Assembly (NCBI GenBank): GCA_963850215.1
Contig: CAWKKI010000004.1
Span: forward strand, 72,682-136,681
From: an uncultured Actinomycetota bacterium
Lineage (GTDB): Bacteria > Actinomycetota > Actinomycetes > UBA12327
DNA: 64,000 nucleotides
Reading direction: 5' to 3'
Shown in pieces: positions 51,951-61,443 of this stretch. The notes under the pieces were generated by a model. That model did not search any database, was not told the DNA's origin, and saw nothing but the letters and a program-made list of their open reading frames with translations. Position 1 is the stretch's first letter. Each line of letters starts with the position of its first letter. The position numbers and the translations under genes are program-made.

Positions 51951-52559
51951 TCATGGCTCCACCGGTCGGGCGCTGCGCCATCGCGCGAGCAGACCGTTGG
52001 GCCCGACCTCATCGGCCGTCAGCGCAAAGGTCCGGTGATCACGCCAAGCGCCGTCGATGTGCAGGTATTTCTCGCGCAATCCCTCGTCGCGGAAGCCGAG
52101 TTTCTCGACGATCCGAAGGCTCGCAGCGTTCTCAGGGCGGATGTTGACCTCGAGCCGGTGCAGGCCCATCGTGTAGAAGCAGTGATCGACCGTCAGCGCC
52201 ACCGCGGTGGGCATGACCCCGCGACCAGCTACCTCCTGCGAGATCCAGTAGCCGACGAATCCCGACCGCAGCGACCCCCACGAGATGCCACCGACGGTCA
52301 GCTGACCGACGAGCACGCCGTCGTACGTGACCACGAGCGGCAACGTGTGCCCGACCTTGGCCTCGCGCCGCAGTCGGCGCACCATGTCGGTGAACGTCCC
52401 TGGCGCACCAGCGCCAACGATCGGCGAAGTGGCCTCCCAGGGGCGAAGCCACTCCATGTTCGCGGTCCGCACGTCCATCCAGCGCGAGCCATCTCGCTGC
52501 CGGATGCCGCGCACACCCACCCGACCGTCATGCAACTCGACGGGCCAGCCCGGGCTCAC
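51951..52559 (-). CDS. GNAT-family N-acetyltransferase (RimJ/RimL-like)
   Basis: ORF track, 202 aa. It has the acetyl-CoA motif QEVAGRGVMPTAVALTV. Its stop overlaps the moeA neighbour arrangement seen in actinobacteria. Confidence 0.75.
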   Translation of the reverse strand: MSPGWPVELHDGRVGVRGIRQRDGSRWMDVRTANMEWLRPWEATSPIVGAGAPGTFTDMVRRLRREAKVGHTLPLVVTYDGVLVGQLTVGGISWGSLRSGFVGYWISQEVAGRGVMPTAVALTVDHCFYTMGLHRLEVNIRPENAASLRIVEKLGFRDEGLREKYLHIDGAWRDHRTFALTADEVGPNGLLARWRSARPVEP

Positions 52560-53776
52560 GTGCGGCGCCTTTCGAGCACCATCACCTCGACGGTCGAGCC
52601 AGCGGCCAGATGCGTGACGGCGTCAGGGACGATGACGAACGAGTTCGTCTCCGCGAGGCCGGCGAGAGCCGAGCGGTCAGCCCCCAGCGGATGCACCACG
52701 TAGTGCCCCTGCTCAAGCGAGAGTTTCGCGCGCACATAGTCGCGACGACCCTCCACCGATGCGATGTCACCAACCAGCCGACCGCGCACTGTCTGTCGCG
52801 TCACCGGCGAGACGTCAAGCATCCGTCGCAGGCACGGCCCAACGAAGATCTCAAACGCGACGAATGCCGACACTGGATCGATCGGCAGCAAGAAGAACGG
52901 CGTCGCATCAGGCCCGATCGCACCACGTCCCTGTAGGCCCGTCGGAGCCATCGCGACATCGGCGAGTTCAACCTGACCGAGTCGGCTCAACGTCTCAGCC
53001 AACGCACCCGACGACCCGATCCCGACTCGACCAGCAAGCACGACTGCATCCGCACGGACGAGTTGGTCCTCGATCGTGTCCAGCAGCACGCGCGGCTCGT
53101 CCGACACGATGCCCACGCGATACGCATCGGCGCCCGCGTCACGCGCCGCACTTGTCAATACATACGTCGTCGCATCACTGACATGACCCGGCCGCAACGG
53201 AACCCCCGGCTCGGACAGATCGCGGCCAGTGGCCAGCACGACCACACGCGGTCGCGGCCGAACCGCGACGCGTTCGCGTCCGGCAGCCGCGAGCAGACCC
53301 ATGTGGCCCGCGCCGAGTCGAGTCCCACGACGCACCAGAACCTGATGCGCGCGCGCATCGGCGCCCATGTAGTGCACAAAAGTCGAGGTGTCCCCCGCAT
53401 GCCTGATCTCGACCCGCGCGATCCCCGCATCCGTCCACTCGACCGGGATGAAGGCCTCGGTGCCCACCGGCAACGGACCGCCGGCCAGCACGCGCGCGCA
53501 GAACCCCGGCTGGACCGACACCGTCGGCGCATCACCTGGGTAGACGTCCCCAACCACGGGCAACGTGACCGGCGCGCTCGGAGTCGCAGACGCCACGTCT
53601 TCAAGTCGAACGGCGTAACCGTCGAGCTCGGCGGAGTCGAAGGGCGGCAGGTCGTGGGTCGCGACGACGTCCTCGACCAAGGTGCAGCCCTGCGCCTCAA
53701 GCAGATGAAGGTCGAGCGGCTCGATGGGCCGCACCCCCGCGAGACAGGCGGAGAGGTGCGCGTCGACCGTTGTCAC
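52556..53776 (-). CDS. moeA: molybdopterin molybdenumtransferase MoeA / gephyrin-like Glp
   Basis: ORF track, 406 aa. LPPFDSAELDGYAVR, the MoeA domain order, and GSTVEVMVL at the C-terminus are typical. Confidence 0.85.
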   Translation of the reverse strand: MTTVDAHLSACLAGVRPIEPLDLHLLEAQGCTLVEDVVATHDLPPFDSAELDGYAVRLEDVASATPSAPVTLPVVGDVYPGDAPTVSVQPGFCARVLAGGPLPVGTEAFIPVEWTDAGIARVEIRHAGDTSTFVHYMGADARAHQVLVRRGTRLGAGHMGLLAAAGRERVAVRPRPRVVVLATGRDLSEPGVPLRPGHVSDATTYVLTSAARDAGADAYRVGIVSDEPRVLLDTIEDQLVRADAVVLAGRVGIGSSGALAETLSRLGQVELADVAMAPTGLQGRGAIGPDATPFFLLPIDPVSAFVAFEIFVGPCLRRMLDVSPVTRQTVRGRLVGDIASVEGRRDYVRAKLSLEQGHYVVHPLGADRSALAGLAETNSFVIVPDAVTHLAAGSTVEVMVLERRRT

Positions 53777-54657
53777 GAAGTCCGCTCCGAGAGCCAGCGC
53801 GCGAAGTCATCGCCGAGGTTCGGTGATCGGAGCCCGTACTCGACGTTTGCCCGCAGCCAGCCGTCTGGCGTCCCGATGTCATCGCGCCGACCGCGATAGA
53901 TGACGCCGAGCATCCCGTTCGTTCCACCTTCGCACCGCGCACACGCTGCCATCGCATCTGTCAGCTGAATCTCGCCGAGCGCACCGGGCTTCGTCTGTGC
54001 GAGTCGCTCAAAGATCGCCGCCTCGAAGACGTAGCGACCGATCACCGCGAGCTGACTCGGTGCGTCTTCTACTGATGGCTTCTCCACCAACGACGTGATG
54101 CGCACAACGTCCTGGGCATCGGTTGGTTCGACCGCTGCGCAGCCGTACCTGCTGATCTCCTCGCCCGGCACCTCGATCAGCGCGACCACCGAGCCACCGC
54201 GCGCGGCCTGCACATCGAGCAGGCGGGCAAGCAGCGCGTCATCCACCAGGTCGTCGGCCAGCATGACCGCGAACGGCTCGTCGCGCACCGCCTCACTCGC
54301 CGACAGCACGGCGTGCCCGAGCCCCAGGGGATCTGGCTGCACCGCCTCACGCACCTTCGCCAGCGAGTCGAGAGTGGCCAGGCGCGCGAGCGCCTTCTCG
54401 TCGCCACGCTCACGCAGAGTTCGCTCCAACGAATCGTCCGTGAAGTGGTCGATGACGCCACGGCGCTCTCCGTTGGTCACTATGACCACGTCATCGATGC
54501 CAGCGGACGTCGCTTCTTCAACGATGACCTGGATCGCCGGCCGATCCAGCAGCGGCAGCAACTCCTTCGCGACCACCTTCGTCTCCGGCAGGAATCGAGT
54601 GCCGAGGCCAGCAGCGGGGACCACTGCCGTGTGCGCACGCGCTGGCGATGAAGTCAC
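53773..54657 (-). CDS. galU: UTP-glucose-1-phosphate uridylyltransferase
   Basis: ORF track 53773..55164, trimmed to GTG 54657. AVVPAAGLGTRFLPETKVVAKELLPLLDRPAIQ is the GalU N-terminal signature. VEKP and IGRYV motifs are also present. Confidence 0.85.
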   Translation of the reverse strand: MTSSPARAHTAVVPAAGLGTRFLPETKVVAKELLPLLDRPAIQVIVEEATSAGIDDVVIVTNGERRGVIDHFTDDSLERTLRERGDEKALARLATLDSLAKVREAVQPDPLGLGHAVLSASEAVRDEPFAVMLADDLVDDALLARLLDVQAARGGSVVALIEVPGEEISRYGCAAVEPTDAQDVVRITSLVEKPSVEDAPSQLAVIGRYVFEAAIFERLAQTKPGALGEIQLTDAMAACARCEGGTNGMLGVIYRGRRDDIGTPDGWLRANVEYGLRSPNLGDDFARWLSERTS

Positions 54658-54720
54658 GTTGGGCAGCCTATCGACGCAAACTGAACGCATCCTCCACGAA
54701 GATCTGGGCACAATCCCGAC

Positions 54721-55344
54721 ATGACCAACGAGGACGGGGACGCGACCAACGCCGCGGTCAGCGCGAAGGTCGAGGCTAAGCAGGCCTTGCGCAATCGGCT
54801 GCGGGCTGCGCGCAGCGAGCGCACGCCTGCCGATCGGGAGACGGCGAGCCTTGGCATCGCGACGAACGCGATGAACCTGGTGCGTGGCCTCAGCACGAGT
54901 TTCGTCGCGGCCTACGCCTCCGACGGAAGCGAGCCGCCGACCACGCAGTTGATCACCGAACTGCACGGTGCTGACGTGCGGGTCCTGCTGCCGATCGTGC
55001 GCGAGGACCGCGAACTCGACTGGGCCATCTTCGAAGGTTTCGACGAGCTCGCTCCCGGTGCACAAGGGATCCCGGAGCCACTCGGCACACGACTCGGGCT
55101 CGTCGGGATCGAGCAGGCCGCGTTGCTCTTCGTCCCCGCGCTCGCGGTCGATGCCTCTGGCCATCGGATCGGTCAGGGCATGGGCTGCTACGACCGCGCC
55201 CTAGCCCGTTATCCCAACGGTGTCGTGGTGGCGATCGTCTTCGACGACGAGGTGCTCACGGGCGAAAGTGAGATCCCGGTCGAGGCGCACGATCGTGCGG
55301 TCAACGCCGTCCTCACGCCGTCTCGAGTCCAGTGGTTCAGGTGA
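54721..55344 (+). CDS. 5-formyltetrahydrofolate cyclo-ligase
   Basis: ORF track, 207 aa. KQALRNRLRAARS.., the ..SEPPT.. segment and GHRIGQGMGCYDR are typical of the 5-FCL family. Confidence 0.8.
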   Translation: MTNEDGDATNAAVSAKVEAKQALRNRLRAARSERTPADRETASLGIATNAMNLVRGLSTSFVAAYASDGSEPPTTQLITELHGADVRVLLPIVREDRELDWAIFEGFDELAPGAQGIPEPLGTRLGLVGIEQAALLFVPALAVDASGHRIGQGMGCYDRALARYPNGVVVAIVFDDEVLTGESEIPVEAHDRAVNAVLTPSRVQWFR

Positions 55345-55461
55345 ACGAAATAGACGAAACAGCCCCGGGTGTTGCACCATTAGCACTCGGCCTGCGGGAG
55401 TGCCAGCGCGGCGGTTCGATCGCCGGAGCTCGTGCGGGCCGTTCGCTATCTGGAGGACTCA

Positions 55462-55908
55462 GTGCCGACCTACCAATACGCATGCACGGCGTGCGACCAC
55501 CGCTTCGATGCGGTGCAGGCCTTCAGCGACGGCTCCCTCACCGAGTGTCCTGAGTGCGGCGGAGTCCTGCGCAAGGTCTTCTCGTCGGTCGGGGTGGTCT
55601 TCAAAGGGCCGGGGTTCTACCGGACCGACAGCAGGGACAAAGCTGCGGCCGGGGTCGGAGCTTCGGCTCCCGCCAACGGATCGGCTGAATCGGCCTCGGC
55701 GAAGGAGTCCGGGGCTTCCTCATCGAAGGAGTCAGGCTCCGGCTCGTCGTCCGAAGCAAGTTCGGGCTCGTCAAAGGAGTCCGGCTCTTCCTCGTCGAGG
55801 GAGTCTGGTTCTGGCTCGTCGAACGGCTCGGGTTCGGATTCCTCGACATCAGCGGCCTCGGCGGCCCCTGTGCACAAGTCGACGCCTGCGAAGAGCACGG
55901 GCGCATAA
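55462..55908 (+). CDS. FmdB-family zinc-ribbon protein with a Ser/Gly-rich tail
   Basis: ORF track 55432..55908, trimmed to GTG 55462, which has TGGAGGA upstream. MPTYQYACTACDHRFDAVQAFSDGSLTECPECGGVLRKVF is the FmdB CxxC..CxxC core. Confidence 0.8.
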   Translation: MPTYQYACTACDHRFDAVQAFSDGSLTECPECGGVLRKVFSSVGVVFKGPGFYRTDSRDKAAAGVGASAPANGSAESASAKESGASSSKESGSGSSSEASSGSSKESGSSSSRESGSGSSNGSGSDSSTSAASAAPVHKSTPAKSTGA

Positions 55909-55917
55909 CCTCCGCCC

Positions 55918-56610
55918 GTGCTTCGGGCAAACACACGGGCAATCCCCTACGACGACCTTCGTCGCGACCCGCGGTTTCGTCAGATTGCCCGGGCCGTGCG
56001 CAGCCGTCGACGCCTGCTCGGCGCCGCGTGTGTGGCACTTGCGGTCTTCCTCGTTGTAGGCGTGCTGCGACCTTCCGCACCGCCCACGCGCACAGTCGTT
56101 GTTGCCGTGCACTCGATCGCGGCCGGTCATGTGGTCGCCGCCGCGGACGTGAAGCTCAGCGCCGTGCCTGCGGCAATCACACCCGCCACGGCGCTACGTG
56201 ACCTTGCGGCGGTGCTCGGCAGAACCACTGCCAACGCCATGGATGCCGACGAGGTCGTGACCCCATCGCGGCTGATCGGCCCCGGCCTGCTCGCCGGCAC
56301 TAGCCAGCTGGTCGAAGCCCCCGTGCGACTCGCGGATGCGGCTAGTGCCTCGTTGCTCGTACCAGGACAACTGGTGAATGTGATCGCCGCCTCCGACAGC
56401 GATGCCTGGACTGTCGCCGCCTCGGTACGAGTGCTTGCGATCCCGGGTGCACAGGGTGGCGGGTCGGCGGGAGTGTTCGCGACGAGCTCGGCCAGCGACG
56501 AAACAACCGGTGGACTGATCGTGCTCGGCGTCGATGCGAAAACCTCGGTTGCGCTGGCCAAGGCGAGCGTGCGCTCGCGGCTGTCGGTGACTGTGCTCGC
56601 TGACCCCTAG
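55918..56610 (+). CDS. SAF-domain (CpaB/RcpC-like) protein
   Basis: ORF track, 230 aa. It has an N-terminal TM helix followed by VVVAVHSIAAGHVVAAADVKL, typical of a SAF domain. The position matches the conserved actinobacterial neighbourhood. Confidence 0.55.
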   Translation: MLRANTRAIPYDDLRRDPRFRQIARAVRSRRRLLGAACVALAVFLVVGVLRPSAPPTRTVVVAVHSIAAGHVVAAADVKLSAVPAAITPATALRDLAAVLGRTTANAMDADEVVTPSRLIGPGLLAGTSQLVEAPVRLADAASASLLVPGQLVNVIAASDSDAWTVAASVRVLAIPGAQGGGSAGVFATSSASDETTGGLIVLGVDAKTSVALAKASVRSRLSVTVLADP

Positions 56611-56697
56611 TGGTCAACACCAGGACTGTCGCTACCGGCTCAGGCCCCAACCGCGCGCTACGTTGCCGATGAAGCGTCGTCAGTGAGGGGGTCGTTC

Positions 56698-57123
56698 ATG
56701 CTCAAGGGCTTTCGCGAGTTCATCTTCCGCGGCAATGTCATCGACCTCGCCGTCGCGGTTGTCATCGGCGCCGCGTTTACCGCACTTGTCAATTCGTTCG
56801 TGAACGCCGTCATCAACCCACTGCTCGGCGCGGTGGGCACCAAGAACCTCAACAACTACGTGTGGTGCCTGAAAGGCCCGTGCAGCACGGCAGCCACAGC
56901 CCCGCACCCGGGTGTGTACGTCGCGACGGGTTCGATCCTCAGCGCACTCATTACCTTTCTCATCACGGCGACCATCGTCTACTTCGTCATCGTGCTTCCG
57001 TACACGCGAGCCCGTGCATTCATGGATCGCAACAAGCCCGAGGCCGACCGCGAACTCACTGAGGTCGACCTGCTCGTCGAGATCCGGGACGAGCTGCGCG
57101 CCGGGCGAGACGCGGGAGGCTAG
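56698..57123 (+). CDS. mscL: large-conductance mechanosensitive channel
   Basis: ORF track 56683..57123, trimmed to ATG 56698, which has GAGGGGG upstream. MLKGFREFIFRGNVIDLAVAVVIGAAF is the MscL signature. Confidence 0.9.
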   Translation: MLKGFREFIFRGNVIDLAVAVVIGAAFTALVNSFVNAVINPLLGAVGTKNLNNYVWCLKGPCSTAATAPHPGVYVATGSILSALITFLITATIVYFVIVLPYTRARAFMDRNKPEADRELTEVDLLVEIRDELRAGRDAGG

Positions 57124-57320
57124 GACCCGTGGTGCGGCGGAACCTCGCGAAGGAATCGCTCATCGTCTGATTCGTCGCGCGGGACCTCGCCCCAGCCCAC
57201 GGCATCCTCATCCGCGGAGTGGACCCGTTCCTTGTCCACGCGTGGCTTCTTTGCCGGCGGGCGAGGCGGGATATTCGCGTTCTTTGCTCCCGGCTCTTGC
57301 GGATCGGTGCTCACTCGCCC

Positions 57321-58319
57321 ATGATCTCGCGAATGCCCGTCCACGCCCTCAACCATGTGGGCATCAGCACTCCAGACCTGGACAGATCGCTCGCCTTCTG
57401 GCGCGATTTGCTCGGCTTTGAGCAGGTCAGCGGCTTCTCCTGGGACGTGGGCACGACACCCGCGGACGAAGGCCTCGGCTTGGTCGATTCGGCGGCGGAG
57501 GTGGCGATCCTCAACGCCTGCAACGTCTTCCTGGAGATACTGCACTTTCGATCACCTGCACCGAGGCCGCAACCCATCGACCATCTTCGCACCGATCGCG
57601 GCATCAACTACGTGGCCCTCGAAGTCGCCGATGTCGACGTCGTACTTCAACGACTACGAGACGCCGGGGTGGTCGTCGAACGCGATCCCTCCATCTCCGT
57701 CGACGGTACGGTCCGCACCGCGACCGTGCGCGATCCCGATGGCAACGTGGTGGATCTGCGTGCAACGATCGCGCCCGACTCCGCGCTTGCCGGAGCACGA
57801 CTGCACGTGACCGCAACTCCGCCGCGCGATGATCAACCGCCCCAGACGACCGATGCTTCGGCCGGCGAGATCAGTCGCGATGTGCTCGGCATCAGCATCG
57901 TCGGGGTCTGCACGCCCGACATGGAGCGGCATACAGCCTTCTACCGCGACGCGGCAGGACTTGCCCAAGTAGTCGACCGCCGCGACGACACGAGCCCATC
58001 GATTGCATTGAGTGCTGGCAACGTGTTCGTTGACTTCGCTCGCTACGAATCCGAGGGCACCTCGTACCAGTCAGGACCGAAGCGCGTCCATGACCACGGC
58101 TTCAACCATCTGTGCTTCGACGTTTCGGAAATCGACGAGTTGCATGCGCACCTCGTCGAGAGCGGGATGACGTATCACCGCGCGCCCGCAGCGATGCCTG
58201 CAGGCAACTCGATCATGGGCTACGCGACCGACCCGCTCGGGATCCCCGTCGAGTTATTGGAAAACCGCAGCACCAAGGCCTTCTTGTGGTGCGGACTCCT
58301 GCGCTACGACGCCGGGTAG
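57321..58319 (+). CDS. two-domain VOC (glyoxalase/dioxygenase-fold) protein
   Basis: ORF track 57219..58319, trimmed to ATG 57321. It has two repeats of the H..(I/L)....D...(S/T)..FY motif (LNHVGISTPDLDRSLAFWRDLLGF and ISIVGVCTPDMERHTAFYRDAAGL). Confidence 0.7.
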   Translation: MISRMPVHALNHVGISTPDLDRSLAFWRDLLGFEQVSGFSWDVGTTPADEGLGLVDSAAEVAILNACNVFLEILHFRSPAPRPQPIDHLRTDRGINYVALEVADVDVVLQRLRDAGVVVERDPSISVDGTVRTATVRDPDGNVVDLRATIAPDSALAGARLHVTATPPRDDQPPQTTDASAGEISRDVLGISIVGVCTPDMERHTAFYRDAAGLAQVVDRRDDTSPSIALSAGNVFVDFARYESEGTSYQSGPKRVHDHGFNHLCFDVSEIDELHAHLVESGMTYHRAPAAMPAGNSIMGYATDPLGIPVELLENRSTKAFLWCGLLRYDAG

Positions 58320-59041
58320 GCGAACCGCTCTGCGTCGATGGCAGCGGCGGCCTCGCGGACCGACGCGAGTTGATTGGTGTCGACGAGCAACCCGCGCAAC
58401 ATAAAGCTCGCCGCACGATCGGACTCGATCGCCAGATCTACCGTGACGTGCTTGTTCGCGGGCGTGAGCATGTGCGCGTTGAGGACCGACATGACCAGGT
58501 CGCGGATCATCTGCACATCCAGCACGACGAACTCGCCGTCCTCGACACCCTTCGCCGCGAGCGATGACACGCCAGCGTTGAGCGCATCTCGTTGCGCCTT
58601 CCAGGCCACGAACTCGTCGGTGTTGATGACGTCGTCGCGGATGATCCCGACTGCGTCAAAGGGCAAGGTGCGCAAGAAGACGACCGCCCACTGGATGTAG
58701 GCAAACAGTCGCGGAGCGACTGGCCCGTCGAGATCGTTGATGCTCGTGATGACGCGGACCGGCGGCATCAGACCCGCGGTCAGCAGCTCGTCGGCAATGG
58801 CGGCCTTGGACGTGAAGTGGTGAAAGAGCGAGGGCTGGCGCACCCCGACCTCGGTCGCGATATCGCGGGTCGAGGTGCCGAAGTAGCCGCGCCGGGTGAA
58901 CATCTCCGACGCGACTCGCAGGATTCGTTCGCGGGTCGGCTCTGTCCCTGAGCCAGCTGCGGTCGTAGCATCCGCGGACGCGATCGAGCCAACGGTCGAG
59001 GAAGCGATCTCCGCAGAGGCCGCAGACGCGGACGCAGGCAC
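58304..59041 (-). CDS. TetR-family transcriptional regulator
   Basis: ORF track 58304..59206, trimmed to GTG 59041 (17 nt after the upstream stop). The HTH is RERILRVASEMFTRRGYFGTSTRDIATEVGVRQPSLFHHF. Confidence 0.8.
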   Translation of the reverse strand: MPASASAASAEIASSTVGSIASADATTAAGSGTEPTRERILRVASEMFTRRGYFGTSTRDIATEVGVRQPSLFHHFTSKAAIADELLTAGLMPPVRVITSINDLDGPVAPRLFAYIQWAVVFLRTLPFDAVGIIRDDVINTDEFVAWKAQRDALNAGVSSLAAKGVEDGEFVVLDVQMIRDLVMSVLNAHMLTPANKHVTVDLAIESDRAASFMLRGLLVDTNQLASVREAAAAIDAERFAYPAS

Positions 59042-59058
59042 AACCCGAGCGTAGTCGG

Positions 59059-59871
59059 TCAGGCGCCGGGAGTGCCGTACACGTCGGCTCGCCGGTTGGC
59101 GACACTCGGCAGTTGCTCGCGAATCTGTCGCTGCTCGTCCAGGTCGATGTCGGCAATCAAGACCTGGTCGGCGGCCTCGGTCGTGCCCGCGAGGGCTCTG
59201 CCCCACGCATCGACAATCAACGAATGCCCGAAGAAACGCGGCCCGTACTGATTCGGCGCGATCATCACCACCTGCTCCTCGACCGCCCGCGCGCGAACCA
59301 GCAGCTCCCAGTGCGCCGCGCCGGTGCGCGCCGTGAAGGCCGACGGCGCCGAGACGATGTCAGCGCCTCGAACGGCCAGGGCGCGGTATAGCTCGGGGAA
59401 ACGCAGGTCGTAGCAGATGCTCATGCCGAGGCGCGCATGATGATCGGACAGGTCGGCGGTCACGATGTCGTCGCCAGCACGCACGGTCCCCGACTCGAAG
59501 TACTGCGCACCCGGGACAGCGATGTCGAATAGATGCAGCTTCCGGTAGGTGGCCGCGAGCTGACCATCCGGGCCGAAGAGCGTCGAGGTGTTCGCGATGT
59601 GGCTGTCGTGACTGAGTCGTTCGGAAAAGCTGCCGGCAACGAACCAGACCCCGTGCCGCTTCGCCAGTCCCGCCGCCCACTGAGTGACCGACCCGTCGAA
59701 TGGCACTGCTCGTTCGACCATCTGCTCTGGCTTGCCAGTGCAGTCGAAGATCTCGGGGAGCACGACGAGCGCCGCGCCCTGCGCGGCCGCCTCGTCGACC
59801 AGACCTTCGGCAACCTGGAGGTTGCGGTCACGGTCGAGGGTCGCCGCCATCTGAATCGCCGCTACCCGCAT
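59059..59871 (-). CDS. carbon-nitrogen hydrolase (nitrilase-superfamily) protein
   Basis: ORF track 59059..59940, trimmed to the Met giving MRVAAIQMAAT. The E-K-C triad context is LVVLPEIF, YRKLHLFD and MSICYDLRFPELY. Confidence 0.85.
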   Translation of the reverse strand: MRVAAIQMAATLDRDRNLQVAEGLVDEAAAQGAALVVLPEIFDCTGKPEQMVERAVPFDGSVTQWAAGLAKRHGVWFVAGSFSERLSHDSHIANTSTLFGPDGQLAATYRKLHLFDIAVPGAQYFESGTVRAGDDIVTADLSDHHARLGMSICYDLRFPELYRALAVRGADIVSAPSAFTARTGAAHWELLVRARAVEEQVVMIAPNQYGPRFFGHSLIVDAWGRALAGTTEAADQVLIADIDLDEQRQIREQLPSVANRRADVYGTPGA

Positions 59872-59903
59872 GTGCAGCAGCCTAGAAGCCTTACAGTCAC
59901 GGC

Positions 59904-61400
59904 GTGAGCGTCGAGAGCGAGCCCAATCAGGACTACCCACGCGCCCCTTACGACGACATCCGCAGCTACATCGAGGCGTTGCGCGCCACCGGCAACCTCA
60001 TCGACATCGACTCGTTGAATCAAGATGGGTACGAGAGCACCGCCCTCGCCTACCGGCTCACCGAGCGTTATGGCATCTCGAAGGCGCCGGCCTTCCTGAT
60101 CCGCGAAATCGTGCAAGACGGCCGCACGTACGGTCCGTTGCTCGGCAACGCCTACGGTCCGTGGGCGGCCGAGGCAATCGGCTTCGGCGTCGAGGACATC
60201 ACGGACGACCACACCGCGATGTATCGCGCGGCTCAAGGACGGGTTTCGCAGTCGCTCGGTCGGATGGGCTTCGAGCGCATCGCGCCGGTAGAGGTGGCGC
60301 CCGGGGCTGCCCCGGTCAAGTCGGTGGTTCACACCTCGCCCGAGGACGTGGACCTCTTCAACTACGGCTTCATCAAGTCGAATCCGGCGGACAACGGTCG
60401 TTACATCACGACCCCGGCAGTGATCCTGCACGACGAGAAGCTCGGCTACAACGTCGGCACCTACCGCTGTCAGATCAAATCGGGCCAACGAATCGGTGCG
60501 AACATCGGTGTTGGCCAAGACGGCTGGAACATCTTGATGGCGCACAAGGCACGCGGTGCGACGTCGGTGCCGTGCGCCATCGCCATCGGCACCGATCCGA
60601 TCCTGTGGGGCGCGTCCTGCTCGAAGCTCGGGGGCCCTGGCAGCGACGAGTACAGCGTGGCGGGCGGGCTGCGAGGACGTGCGATCGAAGTCGTGAAGGC
60701 CGAGACCTCGGATCTGCTCGTGCCCGCGCATGCCGAACTGATCGTTGAAGGTGAGATCCCGCTCTACGAGATGGAGCCGGAAGGTCCATTTGCCGAGTTG
60801 TACGGCCATCTGGGGCCCGGGTACGACGAGAACTTCTTCATGAACGTGCGCGCCATCACGCATCGCGTGAACCCGATCATCGTCAACGCCTATACCGGAA
60901 TCGAGCGCGGCTTTCTCAACGCGCCCGCCGAGGTGGCCATGCGCGCCCGATACTCGATGTCCATTCCCGGCTTGGTCGGCATCCATCTGCCGATCCAGTC
61001 GATGGGCGTGCATGTGATGTCGGTGAAGAAGACCCAACCCGGTCAGGGACTGGCGGCCGGTCTTTCTTACTCGTCCAGCTTCACGATGGCGAAAGTCGTC
61101 ATCGTCGTCGACGATGACGTCGACATCTACTCCTACGACGCCGTGATGCGGGCGCTCTCCGCGCGCTGGCAACCCTCGGCAAGCGTGATGCTTCCGCAGA
61201 CGCAAGGCGGTAAGGCCGATCCGTCGATCACTACCCCCGGTCTCTCGTCGAAGATGGTGATCGACGCGACTCGGCAGTGGCCGATCGAGGGCGGACCCGT
61301 CGACTTCGCCCCAGTGTCGCGGCAGTTGCTGCTCGCCGAGGAGCCGGACATCTTCGCGCGCATCGACTCGATGTGGCCTTCGCTGTTCAACGATCGTTGA
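59904..61400 (+). CDS. UbiD-family (prenylated-FMN-dependent) decarboxylase
   Basis: ORF track, 498 aa. The length, the YDDIRSYIEALRATGNL start and the GTYRCQI..GQDGW segments fit UbiD-like decarboxylases. Confidence 0.8.
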   Translation: MSVESEPNQDYPRAPYDDIRSYIEALRATGNLIDIDSLNQDGYESTALAYRLTERYGISKAPAFLIREIVQDGRTYGPLLGNAYGPWAAEAIGFGVEDITDDHTAMYRAAQGRVSQSLGRMGFERIAPVEVAPGAAPVKSVVHTSPEDVDLFNYGFIKSNPADNGRYITTPAVILHDEKLGYNVGTYRCQIKSGQRIGANIGVGQDGWNILMAHKARGATSVPCAIAIGTDPILWGASCSKLGGPGSDEYSVAGGLRGRAIEVVKAETSDLLVPAHAELIVEGEIPLYEMEPEGPFAELYGHLGPGYDENFFMNVRAITHRVNPIIVNAYTGIERGFLNAPAEVAMRARYSMSIPGLVGIHLPIQSMGVHVMSVKKTQPGQGLAAGLSYSSSFTMAKVVIVVDDDVDIYSYDAVMRALSARWQPSASVMLPQTQGGKADPSITTPGLSSKMVIDATRQWPIEGGPVDFAPVSRQLLLAEEPDIFARIDSMWPSLFNDR

Positions 61401-61443
61401 TCACTGCTGGCCCACGGCTGCGAGTTCGTCGGACGGCACCTCC

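Noticed and set aside
54658-55164. N-terminal 169-codon extension of the galU ORF
   Set aside because: The extension is Arg/Asp-rich and lies antisense to the 5-FCL gene (54721..55344). The GalU signature starts right after GTG 54657.
55650-55860. Tandem KESGS/SSS-type repeats as a DNA repeat element
   Set aside because: They lie in-frame within the FmdB-family gene's C-terminal tail. They are a low-complexity protein region, not a mobile or regulatory repeat.
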